A DNA stretch of 63,172 nt from the IMG/VR virus record IMGVR_UViG_3300009156_000028, positions 1 through 63,172 of that record. One strand, 5' to 3'. Both the position numbers and the translations under genes were made by a program. This DNA is from a virus. Lineage: Duplodnaviria; Caudoviricetes. Positions 55,213 to 63,172 of the stretch are shown in pieces. Under the pieces are notes generated by a model. That model was not told the DNA's origin, did not search any database, and saw only the letters and a list, made by a program, of their open reading frames with translations. Position 1 is the first letter of the stretch; the number at the start of each line of letters is the position of its first letter.

Positions 55213-56291
55213 TGATGCCCCACCGTTATGAAATCCTGCGTCGTGGTTCGGACGAGCACCGCGCCGGTCACTTTACTCTTCACATCGACGGAGTGGAGAG
55301 CGAGTTGACCGTTGACCCCGGTCAATTCATGCCCAAGTCGCTCCGGCAAGCGACTGAAGAGGGACTGACCGGAGACAATCTGGCTCTCCGCGTGAACGAG
55401 ATTTGCGAGATGTATGCTCGCCGCGCTCTCCAACGACGGGTGAACGCTCTGGAGCGCGGCTCGTTGATTCCCGGCGGTATCCCGTTCTCTATTGGCAAAG
55501 GTCTCGATACTCGCCGGATTGCTCCGCGGAAGCGCCGAACGGAGAAGGAAGCCGTTGAGTCATTCCTGAATCGCGGAAGTCTCCGGGGTCTCACCGCTGA
55601 CGAGCGGAAGGCTCGCCGCGAGCGACGTAACCAACGGCGCGACGAGTACCCTGAGTGGCTGGAGCGGCGGAAGGCTTTGGCTGATGCTCGCCGGTCTGAG
55701 CTTAAGGAGCTTGAGGCCAAGATGGCAAAGCTCGTTGAAGAAACGAAGGGAACCGGAGCCGAATCAGCTGCTGTTCTTTCGTTAAGTGATCGCATTCAGG
55801 TTCTCAAGGAAGAGATTGAGGCGTTGGAGGCTCCGGTGATGGCTGCTTCTCACGGCTTCCAATACGCCTATGTCCAGTATCTTACTAAGCAGGTCGATCT
55901 GACCAACGATGATATTCGTATCTGGCCGTTGATGACTAATACCACGGTCGATACGGAGCGAGACGCAAAGGATCAATTCAGCGATTTCACTACCATCGAT
56001 GAATTTGACGGAGCAAACTACTCGTCGGGCGGTCTCGCTCTCGACTCGCAGGCGACTGCGGTCGATGACGCCAATGACCGGGCGGAGTTTGATGCGGCGG
56101 ACGAAGCTGTGACGGCGCTAGGAGCCGGGACCCGATCAATTCAGGGGGTCTGTCTCGGCAAGTTCGTAACCAACACTGCGGCGTCAATGCCACTCCACTG
56201 GATCGAATTTGCCAGCGCCAAGACTCCGGACGGTTCCGACTTCACGTTTGTCTTCAACGCTGAAGGCATTCTCCAAGCGGCTGACGGCTAA
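55209..56291 (+). CDS. putative virion structural protein with basic coiled-coil N-terminal extension
   Basis: C-terminal domain DLTNDDIRI..LM...YSSGG.AL...FDAAD...PDGSDFTFVFNAEGIL resembles a phage tail-associated family; internal GGAGG + ATG at 55839. Confidence 0.6.
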   Translation: MMMPHRYEILRRGSDEHRAGHFTLHIDGVESELTVDPGQFMPKSLRQATEEGLTGDNLALRVNEICEMYARRALQRRVNALERGSLIPGGIPFSIGKGLDTRRIAPRKRRTEKEAVESFLNRGSLRGLTADERKARRERRNQRRDEYPEWLERRKALADARRSELKELEAKMAKLVEETKGTGAESAAVLSLSDRIQVLKEEIEALEAPVMAASHGFQYAYVQYLTKQVDLTNDDIRIWPLMTNTTVDTERDAKDQFSDFTTIDEFDGANYSSGGLALDSQATAVDDANDRAEFDAADEAVTALGAGTRSIQGVCLGKFVTNTAASMPLHWIEFASAKTPDGSDFTFVFNAEGILQAADG

Positions 56292-56331
56292 GTTCCGGCC
56301 GGCTCCTTCCTTTGTCATCAGGACTCAACTA

Positions 56332-56631
56332 ATGTATTCATCGGCTAAAAATCAAATACTGTTCCAGCGTATGAAAAACTTCTTGGTTGCCATGCGGCAT
56401 ATGGCGGCTGAAGCTCAGTCTATCAAGGACGTTCATCAGCAAGAGGCGAAGCCGGCTGGTACGCCTCATGCCGACTACGACGACACGTCAATCGCGACTA
56501 CGGCGGAGTTTGACGATGCCGTTTCTTATCTGAGTGAGTTCGTTACGTTCCACAATGGCGGAGCTACTCTCGCCAATACCAATCGTGGGTTGGCGTGGGG
56601 ACTACCGTTCGTCGATGACTCACCGGCCTAG
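56332..56631 (+). CDS. hypothetical protein
   Basis: AGGA SD; start MYSSAK. Confidence 0.55.
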   Translation: MYSSAKNQILFQRMKNFLVAMRHMAAEAQSIKDVHQQEAKPAGTPHADYDDTSIATTAEFDDAVSYLSEFVTFHNGGATLANTNRGLAWGLPFVDDSPA

Positions 56632-56646
56632 GGCCATGGATGATCT

Positions 56647-57990
56647 ATGGCCACCATCTACGTCAACAGCGGTGCGGCCGGTGCGAACGACGGTACGTCG
56701 TGGACTGACGCCTACGCGTCGCTCGGCTCGACCACCGGGGCCGCGGCTGGCGACGTGATCAAGGTCCACAAGGCCCACAGCGAGACGGCCGCTGGGTCCA
56801 TCGGGTGGGCCTGGAACAACGGCACGCTCGCCAACCCGGTGAAGATCATCTGCGTCGACAAGGACGCCAGCGATGCTCTAGACACCGGGGCACTGATAAG
56901 CACGCCGGGCGGCAGCTACTACAACCAAGATTGGTACGGCCATCTCTACATCAGGGGCCTGATACTTCAGTGGACGTGGACGCTCACCCTCAGCCAGAAC
57001 AGCAGTGGTAGTGAGACTTGGGAAGAATGCATCTTCCGTCCATTAAAGCATGACGACACCTATGGTTACCTGGACTTTGGGTACACGCAACCCTACGGCG
57101 GGTCAGATCTCACGTTCGTCAACTGCACGTATGACAGGAACACTCACGGCTATACATCGCAGAAGGGCATCAATCTCAATTCTTCGGGTACTTTCCGCCT
57201 GATCAATTTCACCTATGACGGGCCGGTCGTCGCGAACGCCATCTTTCTCCTTCCGAAAGTTGGCTCTGCGTACGTCACCCTGATGAAGGTGGAGGTCATC
57301 TCGTGCGATCTAACAAGCTATGACTATCTGGTCAACGCTGGCGTCACTCGCGGGCTGCTCATCGACTTCATCCGCTGCAAGGTCCAGAGCGGTCAGCTCA
57401 TCTTCTCAGGTTCGCCGGACTCGCCGTACGAGAAGGTGACGCTACAGCACTGCGACGACGGGACCATATCGACCTGTCCACTCGGTCTGACGCAGCACGT
57501 GTGCCTCCAGGGCACGATCACTAGCTCGCTGTCCCGATACCGGACTGGCGGGGCCGACGACGGAGAGCAGGCGAACGAGTATTCGTGGGAGATGGCGACG
57601 AACGCAAATGCGTTGCCAATCTATAAGCCGCTAGAGTCTCCGCCGCTAGTGAGATGGATTGACCCGGCCGCTTCTCCGTCGGGAGCTACCGCTAAAGGAA
57701 TATTCACTAGCACTCGCTGTCCACCCCTGGCGTCAGGTTCAGCGCTGACTACGGACGGAGTTTCAACTTGGAATGGCAGCGGAGTCGGAACCAAGCAGAA
57801 GATTGAGCATACGTTGACCAATGGGCAAACTCTTACAGTGTTCGTCGCGAGCGGCGGAACGCTCAATGACGACGATTTCTGGATTGAAGTTGTCGAGCCA
57901 GATCAGGTAGGCGGTCCAGTAACCGTGCGTTGCTTCTTGGCCAAGACTAGCGCCACGGTATATGTCGATCCAAGATTGGACGTAGCCTAG
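56647..57990 (+). CDS. putative tail spike/receptor-binding protein (beta-helix-like)
   Basis: IYVNSGAAGANDGTSWTDAY..L..AAAGD start typical of pectin-lyase-like folds; ends YVDPRL. Confidence 0.6.
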   Translation: MATIYVNSGAAGANDGTSWTDAYASLGSTTGAAAGDVIKVHKAHSETAAGSIGWAWNNGTLANPVKIICVDKDASDALDTGALISTPGGSYYNQDWYGHLYIRGLILQWTWTLTLSQNSSGSETWEECIFRPLKHDDTYGYLDFGYTQPYGGSDLTFVNCTYDRNTHGYTSQKGINLNSSGTFRLINFTYDGPVVANAIFLLPKVGSAYVTLMKVEVISCDLTSYDYLVNAGVTRGLLIDFIRCKVQSGQLIFSGSPDSPYEKVTLQHCDDGTISTCPLGLTQHVCLQGTITSSLSRYRTGGADDGEQANEYSWEMATNANALPIYKPLESPPLVRWIDPAASPSGATAKGIFTSTRCPPLASGSALTTDGVSTWNGSGVGTKQKIEHTLTNGQTLTVFVASGGTLNDDDFWIEVVEPDQVGGPVTVRCFLAKTSATVYVDPRLDVA

Positions 57991-57996
57991 GAGTCT

Positions 57997-60537
57997 ATGG
58001 CCACTCTCAATATCTGCGGGTTTGAACTCAATAGTGCTCTAGAAGTAATTGTTTCTGTAGGCACCCCGACTTGGCAGACCACCACCAAGCGGACAGGTGC
58101 CTACGCTCTCCGAGTCACGTCAGCCAACGCCAACGCCAAGTACGTGATGCTGGGCGGCTTCGCCACCAATGGCGGCAACGCCAACATGGGCCGCACGGCT
58201 CAGACTTGGTACACCTTCTATTTCCGTCTGGAATCGCTGCCGTCCGGCGGGACCGCCGAGTTTGCTTCGGTCACCAACAGTGGCGTCTCTGCGGCGGCGG
58301 TAAGGCTGGAATGTACTACTCTCGGTGCCGTCAGGCTGGTGGGCACCACCACATCCTCTACTATCGCTACGGTCACTACTGGCGTTTGGTACCGGATGGA
58401 CCTGCGGGTGACGAGCAACGGTACGGCCGGGGCCGCCATCGACGGCGGGACCGAGCAGACCGTCACCGCGAACAACGTAACACAAGACGAGCTGATTCTC
58501 GGCAAGGCGATCACCCTCACCAACGGCATCGATTTCTATTATGACGATGCCCTTATATCGGACAGCGGGTTCCCCGGCGCGGGCAGCGTCCGCGTCCTCT
58601 GGCCCATCGGCGCTGGCGCTTCCGCCGGCTGGACCAACGGCACCGGCAGCACGTTCGCAGAGGTGGACGAGACGACCGGCCACGACACCGACACCAGCTA
58701 CATCAGCGCCTCGGCCACCCAGGACAATACATTCTCCACGTTCGACATGACGAGCTGCGCGACGGCCGGCGTGCGGGGCAACGTCAACTCGGTCAAAGTC
58801 GTAGCCATCGCTCGCACGGAGTCCACTACTGGTACGTCTGGTGTAGGAGTTCGCCTGCGATCAGGTTCCACCAACAGCGACACAGTCGAGCGGGAGTGGA
58901 CGACGACTTACGCGATATACAGCAAGGTTCTCAGCACCAATCCCGACGGCGGTGGAGCCTGGACCACCACCGCGGTGGACGGCATCGAGTGCGGTGTGTT
59001 CGCCGGTACCATCGCGCAGATCCAGCGATGCACATCGATAGCCGCGATGGTGTGGTCTGACGGGGTCACGCAGGCTGACGTCCCTGTCGGCTTACTCAAG
59101 CTAACCCCGGTAGCTTCCAACACATCCAAGAGCGCGGCTGTTCCGGTAGTTGGTGTTGATTTGCTGGGCACGTCTTTCGTGACTCTCGTTCCGGTCCCGG
59201 TCGTCAGTCTAGAACTACTAGGGATAGAGAGCAGTACGAAGCGCGATGCGGCGGTCCCGGCCGGCTTGATTCGACTCCTAGGCGTAGCCCCAACTGTCAA
59301 CTTCGGTGAAGCGGTTCCGGTCGTTAGCGTTGAGTTCTTAGGAGTAGCTCCTGACGTCAAGCACGATGCCGCCGTCCCGATAGGTCTCGTTGAGTTCTTA
59401 GGCGTTGTCCCAGAAGCCGGTCCGGAAGAGGCGGCAGTATCGACCCGTCAGTGGTTTTCGGAAGGAGTTCAGACCTACGAGAGCGGGACAGAGGAGTTTT
59501 TCTCTGAAGGCGTTCAGTTCAGTGAGAATGCCGTAGCCGTTGGTATCATCGCCGACGTTCCGGTTGGTTTGGTAGAGTTTGTCTCCCTCTCTCCTGATAC
59601 TTCTCACTCGGCTCCAGTTCTGGCCGGTCTGGTCAAGCTAACCTCACCAGGGCTAGTAGAAACAGGTACAGCCGCCGTCCCGGCAGTGAGCGTTGAATTT
59701 CTAGGCGTAACGTCAGGCTCCATTCATGCCGCTCCAGTTCCGCCGGTAATCGTCAAGTTCCTGCCTACTGCTCTAGCGTCCTCGCACTCCACGACCTTAG
59801 CAGCCGGATCAGTCAAACTGACTTCGGCGACACCGGCTACAATTCACTCTGCTCCTGTTCCGTCAGTCTCCGTACACTTCGTGGTGATAGAGCCGACGAC
59901 TGCGAAGGCTGCCGCGGTCGCGGTTGTCGGTGTTGACTTCCTAGGCGTTGCGTCTGCGGTTGTGAAAGCCGCCGCGGTTCCGGCTGATGTCGTCTTGTTT
60001 TCGGCTCCGGAGCTTGTCGAGCCTTCGCAGGCTGCTGTACCCCCGGCTCGCCTGCGCCTAACAGTCATAGCCCCTACTTCTCTGAAGGCGGCTCCGGCTG
60101 GTCTCGGTTCTCTGGAGTTTGTAGGATTGGCACCTAGCGTGCCTAGGGTTGCGCCGGTGCCGTTCGGAGCCGTAGATTGGCTCTCTACCCAACTAGGTTC
60201 CTCTAAACACGCTACGCTGCCGGCGGCTGGCCTAGAATTGGTGGGTCTCTCCCCTACGGCTCCGATTATCGCCAATCCTGGGTTCGGCCGGCTAGTTCTC
60301 GCGCCGGTCGTTCCGGCCGTTACGAAGTCGTTCACGCTCTTGCCGGCCAGAGTCGAGTTTGTCGTAATAGAAGCCGACATCACCGGTCCTACTGGTCCAC
60401 CTAAGTTCCCTGGCGGAGCTTATCTAGCTCTCGCCGCGGACTCGCCAGAGGCGCAACTAGTTCTTGCCGGGGTAGAATCGACCCCGTTGATTGTTAGCGG
60501 CTCCGGACCTGCCGCCGTCATCTATTGGGTGAAATAA
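57997..60537 (+). CDS. large tail-associated protein: lectin-like N-terminus plus ~21-aa repeat stalk
   Basis: CGFE...TGAYALR...YYDD lectin-like region; many AAVPxxxVEFLGVxP repeats. Confidence 0.6.
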   Translation: MATLNICGFELNSALEVIVSVGTPTWQTTTKRTGAYALRVTSANANAKYVMLGGFATNGGNANMGRTAQTWYTFYFRLESLPSGGTAEFASVTNSGVSAAAVRLECTTLGAVRLVGTTTSSTIATVTTGVWYRMDLRVTSNGTAGAAIDGGTEQTVTANNVTQDELILGKAITLTNGIDFYYDDALISDSGFPGAGSVRVLWPIGAGASAGWTNGTGSTFAEVDETTGHDTDTSYISASATQDNTFSTFDMTSCATAGVRGNVNSVKVVAIARTESTTGTSGVGVRLRSGSTNSDTVEREWTTTYAIYSKVLSTNPDGGGAWTTTAVDGIECGVFAGTIAQIQRCTSIAAMVWSDGVTQADVPVGLLKLTPVASNTSKSAAVPVVGVDLLGTSFVTLVPVPVVSLELLGIESSTKRDAAVPAGLIRLLGVAPTVNFGEAVPVVSVEFLGVAPDVKHDAAVPIGLVEFLGVVPEAGPEEAAVSTRQWFSEGVQTYESGTEEFFSEGVQFSENAVAVGIIADVPVGLVEFVSLSPDTSHSAPVLAGLVKLTSPGLVETGTAAVPAVSVEFLGVTSGSIHAAPVPPVIVKFLPTALASSHSTTLAAGSVKLTSATPATIHSAPVPSVSVHFVVIEPTTAKAAAVAVVGVDFLGVASAVVKAAAVPADVVLFSAPELVEPSQAAVPPARLRLTVIAPTSLKAAPAGLGSLEFVGLAPSVPRVAPVPFGAVDWLSTQLGSSKHATLPAAGLELVGLSPTAPIIANPGFGRLVLAPVVPAVTKSFTLLPARVEFVVIEADITGPTGPPKFPGGAYLALAADSPEAQLVLAGVESTPLIVSGSGPAAVIYWVK

Positions 60538-60538
60538 T

Positions 60539-60940
60539 ATGTCACGAACCTTCCCGCAACTAGAGCTTGAAGCTGGACGGCTTGAGGACCTTGAATTCAC
60601 GCTCCTAGATCGGAGAGGCAATCCGCTCCCGATTGCCTTAACGGATGAATTGTACTTCGATATCAGCCAGTCCAAGGGCGGTCCGGCACAAGTCCAGCTA
60701 AGCAACATCGCCGCAATTCCCGGCGGCTCTGTAATAGAAATCATCACCCGCGGTAATGACGCAACAAATCCGAAGCTCCCCTGCGCCGGTCGCATCCGTC
60801 TCTTCGGTCCGGATACTAATGACCTTGAGGGGGAATACTTCGGAGCCTTTGACCTAATGGACGATAGTGAAATTGGTAATCCTATCAAGCCCATTTCTCG
60901 CGGAGTGATTCGCTTCAACGACAACGTCACGAGACCGTAA
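60539..60940 (+). CDS. BppU-like baseplate/tail protein
   Basis: LEFTLLD..GNP..I, G.IRL...DT..L.GEY...FDL, RGVIRF..NVT. Confidence 0.55.
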   Translation: MSRTFPQLELEAGRLEDLEFTLLDRRGNPLPIALTDELYFDISQSKGGPAQVQLSNIAAIPGGSVIEIITRGNDATNPKLPCAGRIRLFGPDTNDLEGEYFGAFDLMDDSEIGNPIKPISRGVIRFNDNVTRP

Positions 60941-61194
60941 CCTCATCGGTGTTACGGGTTGTCTCTCGCCGGAGACTGTCTGTGCCTAAGCCGATATCTT
61001 ACGAACTTGCCCACGCCGGTTGGTGGATGGGATTCACTATTGGAATGGTTTGCGGAATACTATTGATGTGCTTAGTAGTCTATTTAACACACCTATAATC
61101 CTATGATGTATTTGGCGAAGGGAATCACTAAGGAGTTCAAGACCAAACTCGCTCGACTCCTTAAGAAGCGTCAACGAGTTTAGAGGACCGAGCA

Positions 61195-61374
61195 ATGAGA
61201 ATTGTGATCCTAGTCTGCCTAGTGATGGTTATGTTCCTTTGGCTCCTAGGTCTCTTGGGAGCACACGACGTAGCCGTGCGGGTGAGCGGATGGCTCGCGT
61301 GGTTCGCCTGCCTGTTCACCGCTCTCCTCTGTATTGCTCCGGCCGGCTGGGGATTCAGTACCAACGGGAAGTGA
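61195..61374 (+). CDS. small two-TM membrane protein (not in ORF track)
   Basis: GAGG SD; MRIVILVCLVMVMFLWLLGLLGAHDVAVRVSGWLAWFACLFTALLCIAPAGWGFSTNGK. Confidence 0.55.
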   Translation: MRIVILVCLVMVMFLWLLGLLGAHDVAVRVSGWLAWFACLFTALLCIAPAGWGFSTNGK

Positions 61375-61375
61375 G

Positions 61376-61846
61376 ATGGTAGGGAGAGCTTGCGTCTGCG
61401 GCGGAGTCATTACCGGCTCGCCTCCAACCTGCGACCGTTGCGGACCAATCCGAAGCGCCTCCAACGCGGCTCCGCCACTAACTGCTGACCGATCGGTCTA
61501 TCACAACTCCTCTCGCTGGCGTAGCGAGTCCGCGAGATTCAAGGAGAAGTATCCTTATTGCTGCGTCTGTCTACTCCTAGGAGTCGTCAACGGGAAGCGC
61601 GGCCGGGACGGTCTGCTGGTTGATCATATTGTCCCGGCGACGATGTTGCCCGGCGGAACGACTGGAGCCGCCTTCTGGGACAAGTCGAATTGGCAAGTGA
61701 TTTGCTTGGACTGCGACCTACGCTACAAGAAGCCGCTTGAGCAATTCTATACAGACCCTATCGACCTTCAAACGGCTTGGTCTCGGCTCCTCTTCGGACT
61801 GAGGGTTGAGGCGGCTAACCGCGAGCGAGATTCAAATGTCCAATGA
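61376..61846 (+). CDS. HNH endonuclease (packaging-associated, HK97 gp74-like)
   Basis: Y.SSRWR, YPYCCVC, VDHIVP, FWD.SNWQVICLDC. Confidence 0.85.
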   Translation: MVGRACVCGGVITGSPPTCDRCGPIRSASNAAPPLTADRSVYHNSSRWRSESARFKEKYPYCCVCLLLGVVNGKRGRDGLLVDHIVPATMLPGGTTGAAFWDKSNWQVICLDCDLRYKKPLEQFYTDPIDLQTAWSRLLFGLRVEAANRERDSNVQ

Positions 61847-61979
61847 TCCTACGATTAGTGAGCTTAGGAAAGCGGCTTTGGCGCGTATTCGGGCGCTTCA
61901 CGTAGAGCGGGAGAAGCTGCTTGATGATCCTGAGCTTACTAACGATGAGTGGCCGCCTCTGAAGGAGCTTGCAAAATGA
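61836..61979 (+). CDS. hypothetical protein (not in ORF track)
   Basis: 47 aa, MSNDPTISELRK...; ATGA-coupled to next gene. Confidence 0.4.
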   Translation: MSNDPTISELRKAALARIRALHVEREKLLDDPELTNDEWPPLKELAK

Positions 61980-62200
61980 TAACTAATGAGGATGTATTCA
62001 GCCGCTTCGTTGATCTTGAAGAGGACGAGCCTGGATTTTGGAATCTGCACGCCGTGAAGGGGCCCATTGGGGTTGTTGAAGTCTTGATAAATCACGGTCG
62101 CAAACTAGCCTTGCCTGAATCGCTCCTAGAGGAGCACCGGCAAGCTCTACTCCGGCCGGAAGTCCAAAGGGTCATTGCGGCCAAAATGGGGATGATGTAA
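61976..62200 (+). CDS. hypothetical protein
   Basis: AAGGAG SD; start MITNED. Confidence 0.5.
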   Translation: MITNEDVFSRFVDLEEDEPGFWNLHAVKGPIGVVEVLINHGRKLALPESLLEEHRQALLRPEVQRVIAAKMGMM

Positions 62201-62220
62201 GTTGGCTCAGCTGCTTCTAA

Positions 62221-62421
62221 ATGATTGGTGTCCTACTCGTTTCGCGCCTAGTCGTGAAGTTCTCTCTTCTTGACGTCCTCTTGGCCGTGACTGCCTGCGC
62301 CTGCTTCTTCGCTGGTTGGTCGCTAGGCTATCGTCAGGAAGCGGCTAAGCGGACTGCGCTAGAGGAGAAGGTCAAGCAGTTGGATTCTATTCTCAAGGCA
62401 ACGAGACCTGGATGGCCCTAA
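62221..62421 (+). CDS. small membrane protein
   Basis: KFSLLDVLLAVTACACFFAGW followed by coiled coil. Confidence 0.5.
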   Translation: MIGVLLVSRLVVKFSLLDVLLAVTACACFFAGWSLGYRQEAAKRTALEEKVKQLDSILKATRPGWP

Positions 62422-63050
62422 TGCCGAGACCCAAAGACATACCGCGAGACCGCTCGCTGCTCTACCTTCGTGGAGTCCGGAGAGTCAACCTCTTCTGCGT
62501 TGAGAACGGGATAGAGCCGCCGGTCATCTTCGATCCTGACCCGATTGAGGATTGGGATATTGGCTACTGCGCCTACTATCGGCCGTGCTTCATCCGCATC
62601 TGCCTAGAACATTGCGGGCGCTGCGCGGGAGAGTTGACGAGCCGTAACTGGTCGTGGCCTGGGTCGGATACGGACCGCGAGCCTTACGGAGTCCTATGCC
62701 ACGAGCTAGGACATCACGTGGATTACCAAACAGGTACGTCTCGCGGGCGCTACTTCTCTGACTATGGAGAGAGCGTACAAAATGATAGTAGGGAGCGGCC
62801 TATCTCAGGCTATTGCCCTAACCCCGCGGAATGGTTCGCTGAGATGTTTAGAGTGTTCGTCACTAATGCCGCGCTGTTGGAGGCTCTCCGCCCGCGAACA
62901 TATGAAGTTCTAGTAAGTCGGTGGACGCCTATCAGCAAGCCTGACTGGCGAGAGGAGCTAGGAGCCAACGTGCCTGATAGGATCGTAGCGAACCTTGAGA
63001 AGAAGGTAGGGCAGCTGAAGAGACGGAAGGCTGCTAAGGTCCTAGCCTGA
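62412..63050 (+). CDS. zincin-like metallopeptidase
   Basis: CHELGHHVD (HExxH) and ISGY..N.AEWFAE. Confidence 0.75.
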   Translation: MALMPRPKDIPRDRSLLYLRGVRRVNLFCVENGIEPPVIFDPDPIEDWDIGYCAYYRPCFIRICLEHCGRCAGELTSRNWSWPGSDTDREPYGVLCHELGHHVDYQTGTSRGRYFSDYGESVQNDSRERPISGYCPNPAEWFAEMFRVFVTNAALLEALRPRTYEVLVSRWTPISKPDWREELGANVPDRIVANLEKKVGQLKRRKAAKVLA

Positions 63051-63078
63051 CTGACGTTAGGTCCAACCTGACTGACGT
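63046..63078 (+). repeat. 12-bp direct repeat CCTGACTGACGT x2, 21 bp apart
   Basis: Copies at 63046-63057 and 63067-63078 at the start of the terminal non-coding region. Confidence 0.7.
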
Positions 63079-63172
63079 CAAACATCTACCATTCTCATAT
63101 GATATGAACAGGTGAAAAACTGCCCTGGTAGGGGGGTGGGGTTGATAAAACTACCGGGAGAACCCCGCCGAC

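Noticed and set aside
1-63172. CRISPR array, diversity-generating retroelement, integrase or transposon
   Set aside because: No regularly spaced repeats, reverse transcriptase motif, recombinase motif or terminal inverted repeats were seen
1-63172. Stop-codon reassignment
   Set aside because: Core genes are intact and densely packed under the standard code, and all three stop codons are used

Overview
The window looks like an essentially complete ~63 kb tailed dsDNA phage genome (siphovirus-type, HK97-fold head), opened near the probable packaging site between the HNH region and the large terminase gene. Layout: (1) 0.2-18.7 kb, + strand: packaging, head and tail genes (TerL, portal, S49 protease, an inserted N4C/N6A methyltransferase, major capsid, connectors, tail tube, a G/GT chaperone pair with a -1 frameshift, tape measure). 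(2) 18.7-29.4 kb, - strand: early/accessory genes with repeated sigma70-like promoters, an SF1 helicase and a ParB-like protein. (3) 29.7-51 kb, + strand: replication and recombination genes (RuvC, family-4 UDG, PD-(D/E)XK nuclease, AAA ATPase, PolA, TOPRIM protein, primase-helicase) surrounding an apparently complete thymidine-hypermodification cluster (5-hmdU DNA kinase, P-loop kinase, radical SAM, amino acid:DNA transferase, PLP enzyme, HAD nucleotidase, dUMP hydroxymethylase, plus unexplained partner genes). (4) 51-63 kb: a membrane/papain-like protease module where lysis genes are expected, a second displaced tail/receptor-binding module, an HNH nuclease and a zincin. I found no integrase, CRISPR array or canonical endolysin. 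A Planctomycetota-like host is only an inference from protein style. Most interesting: the hypermodification cluster with extra genes; a transferase gene whose conserved N-terminus has no canonical start codon and lies in a predicted RNA structure; a tRNA-like element upstream of PolA; and a short PVRxAP motif shared by five unrelated proteins. All family calls come from motif recognition by eye, not database searches.
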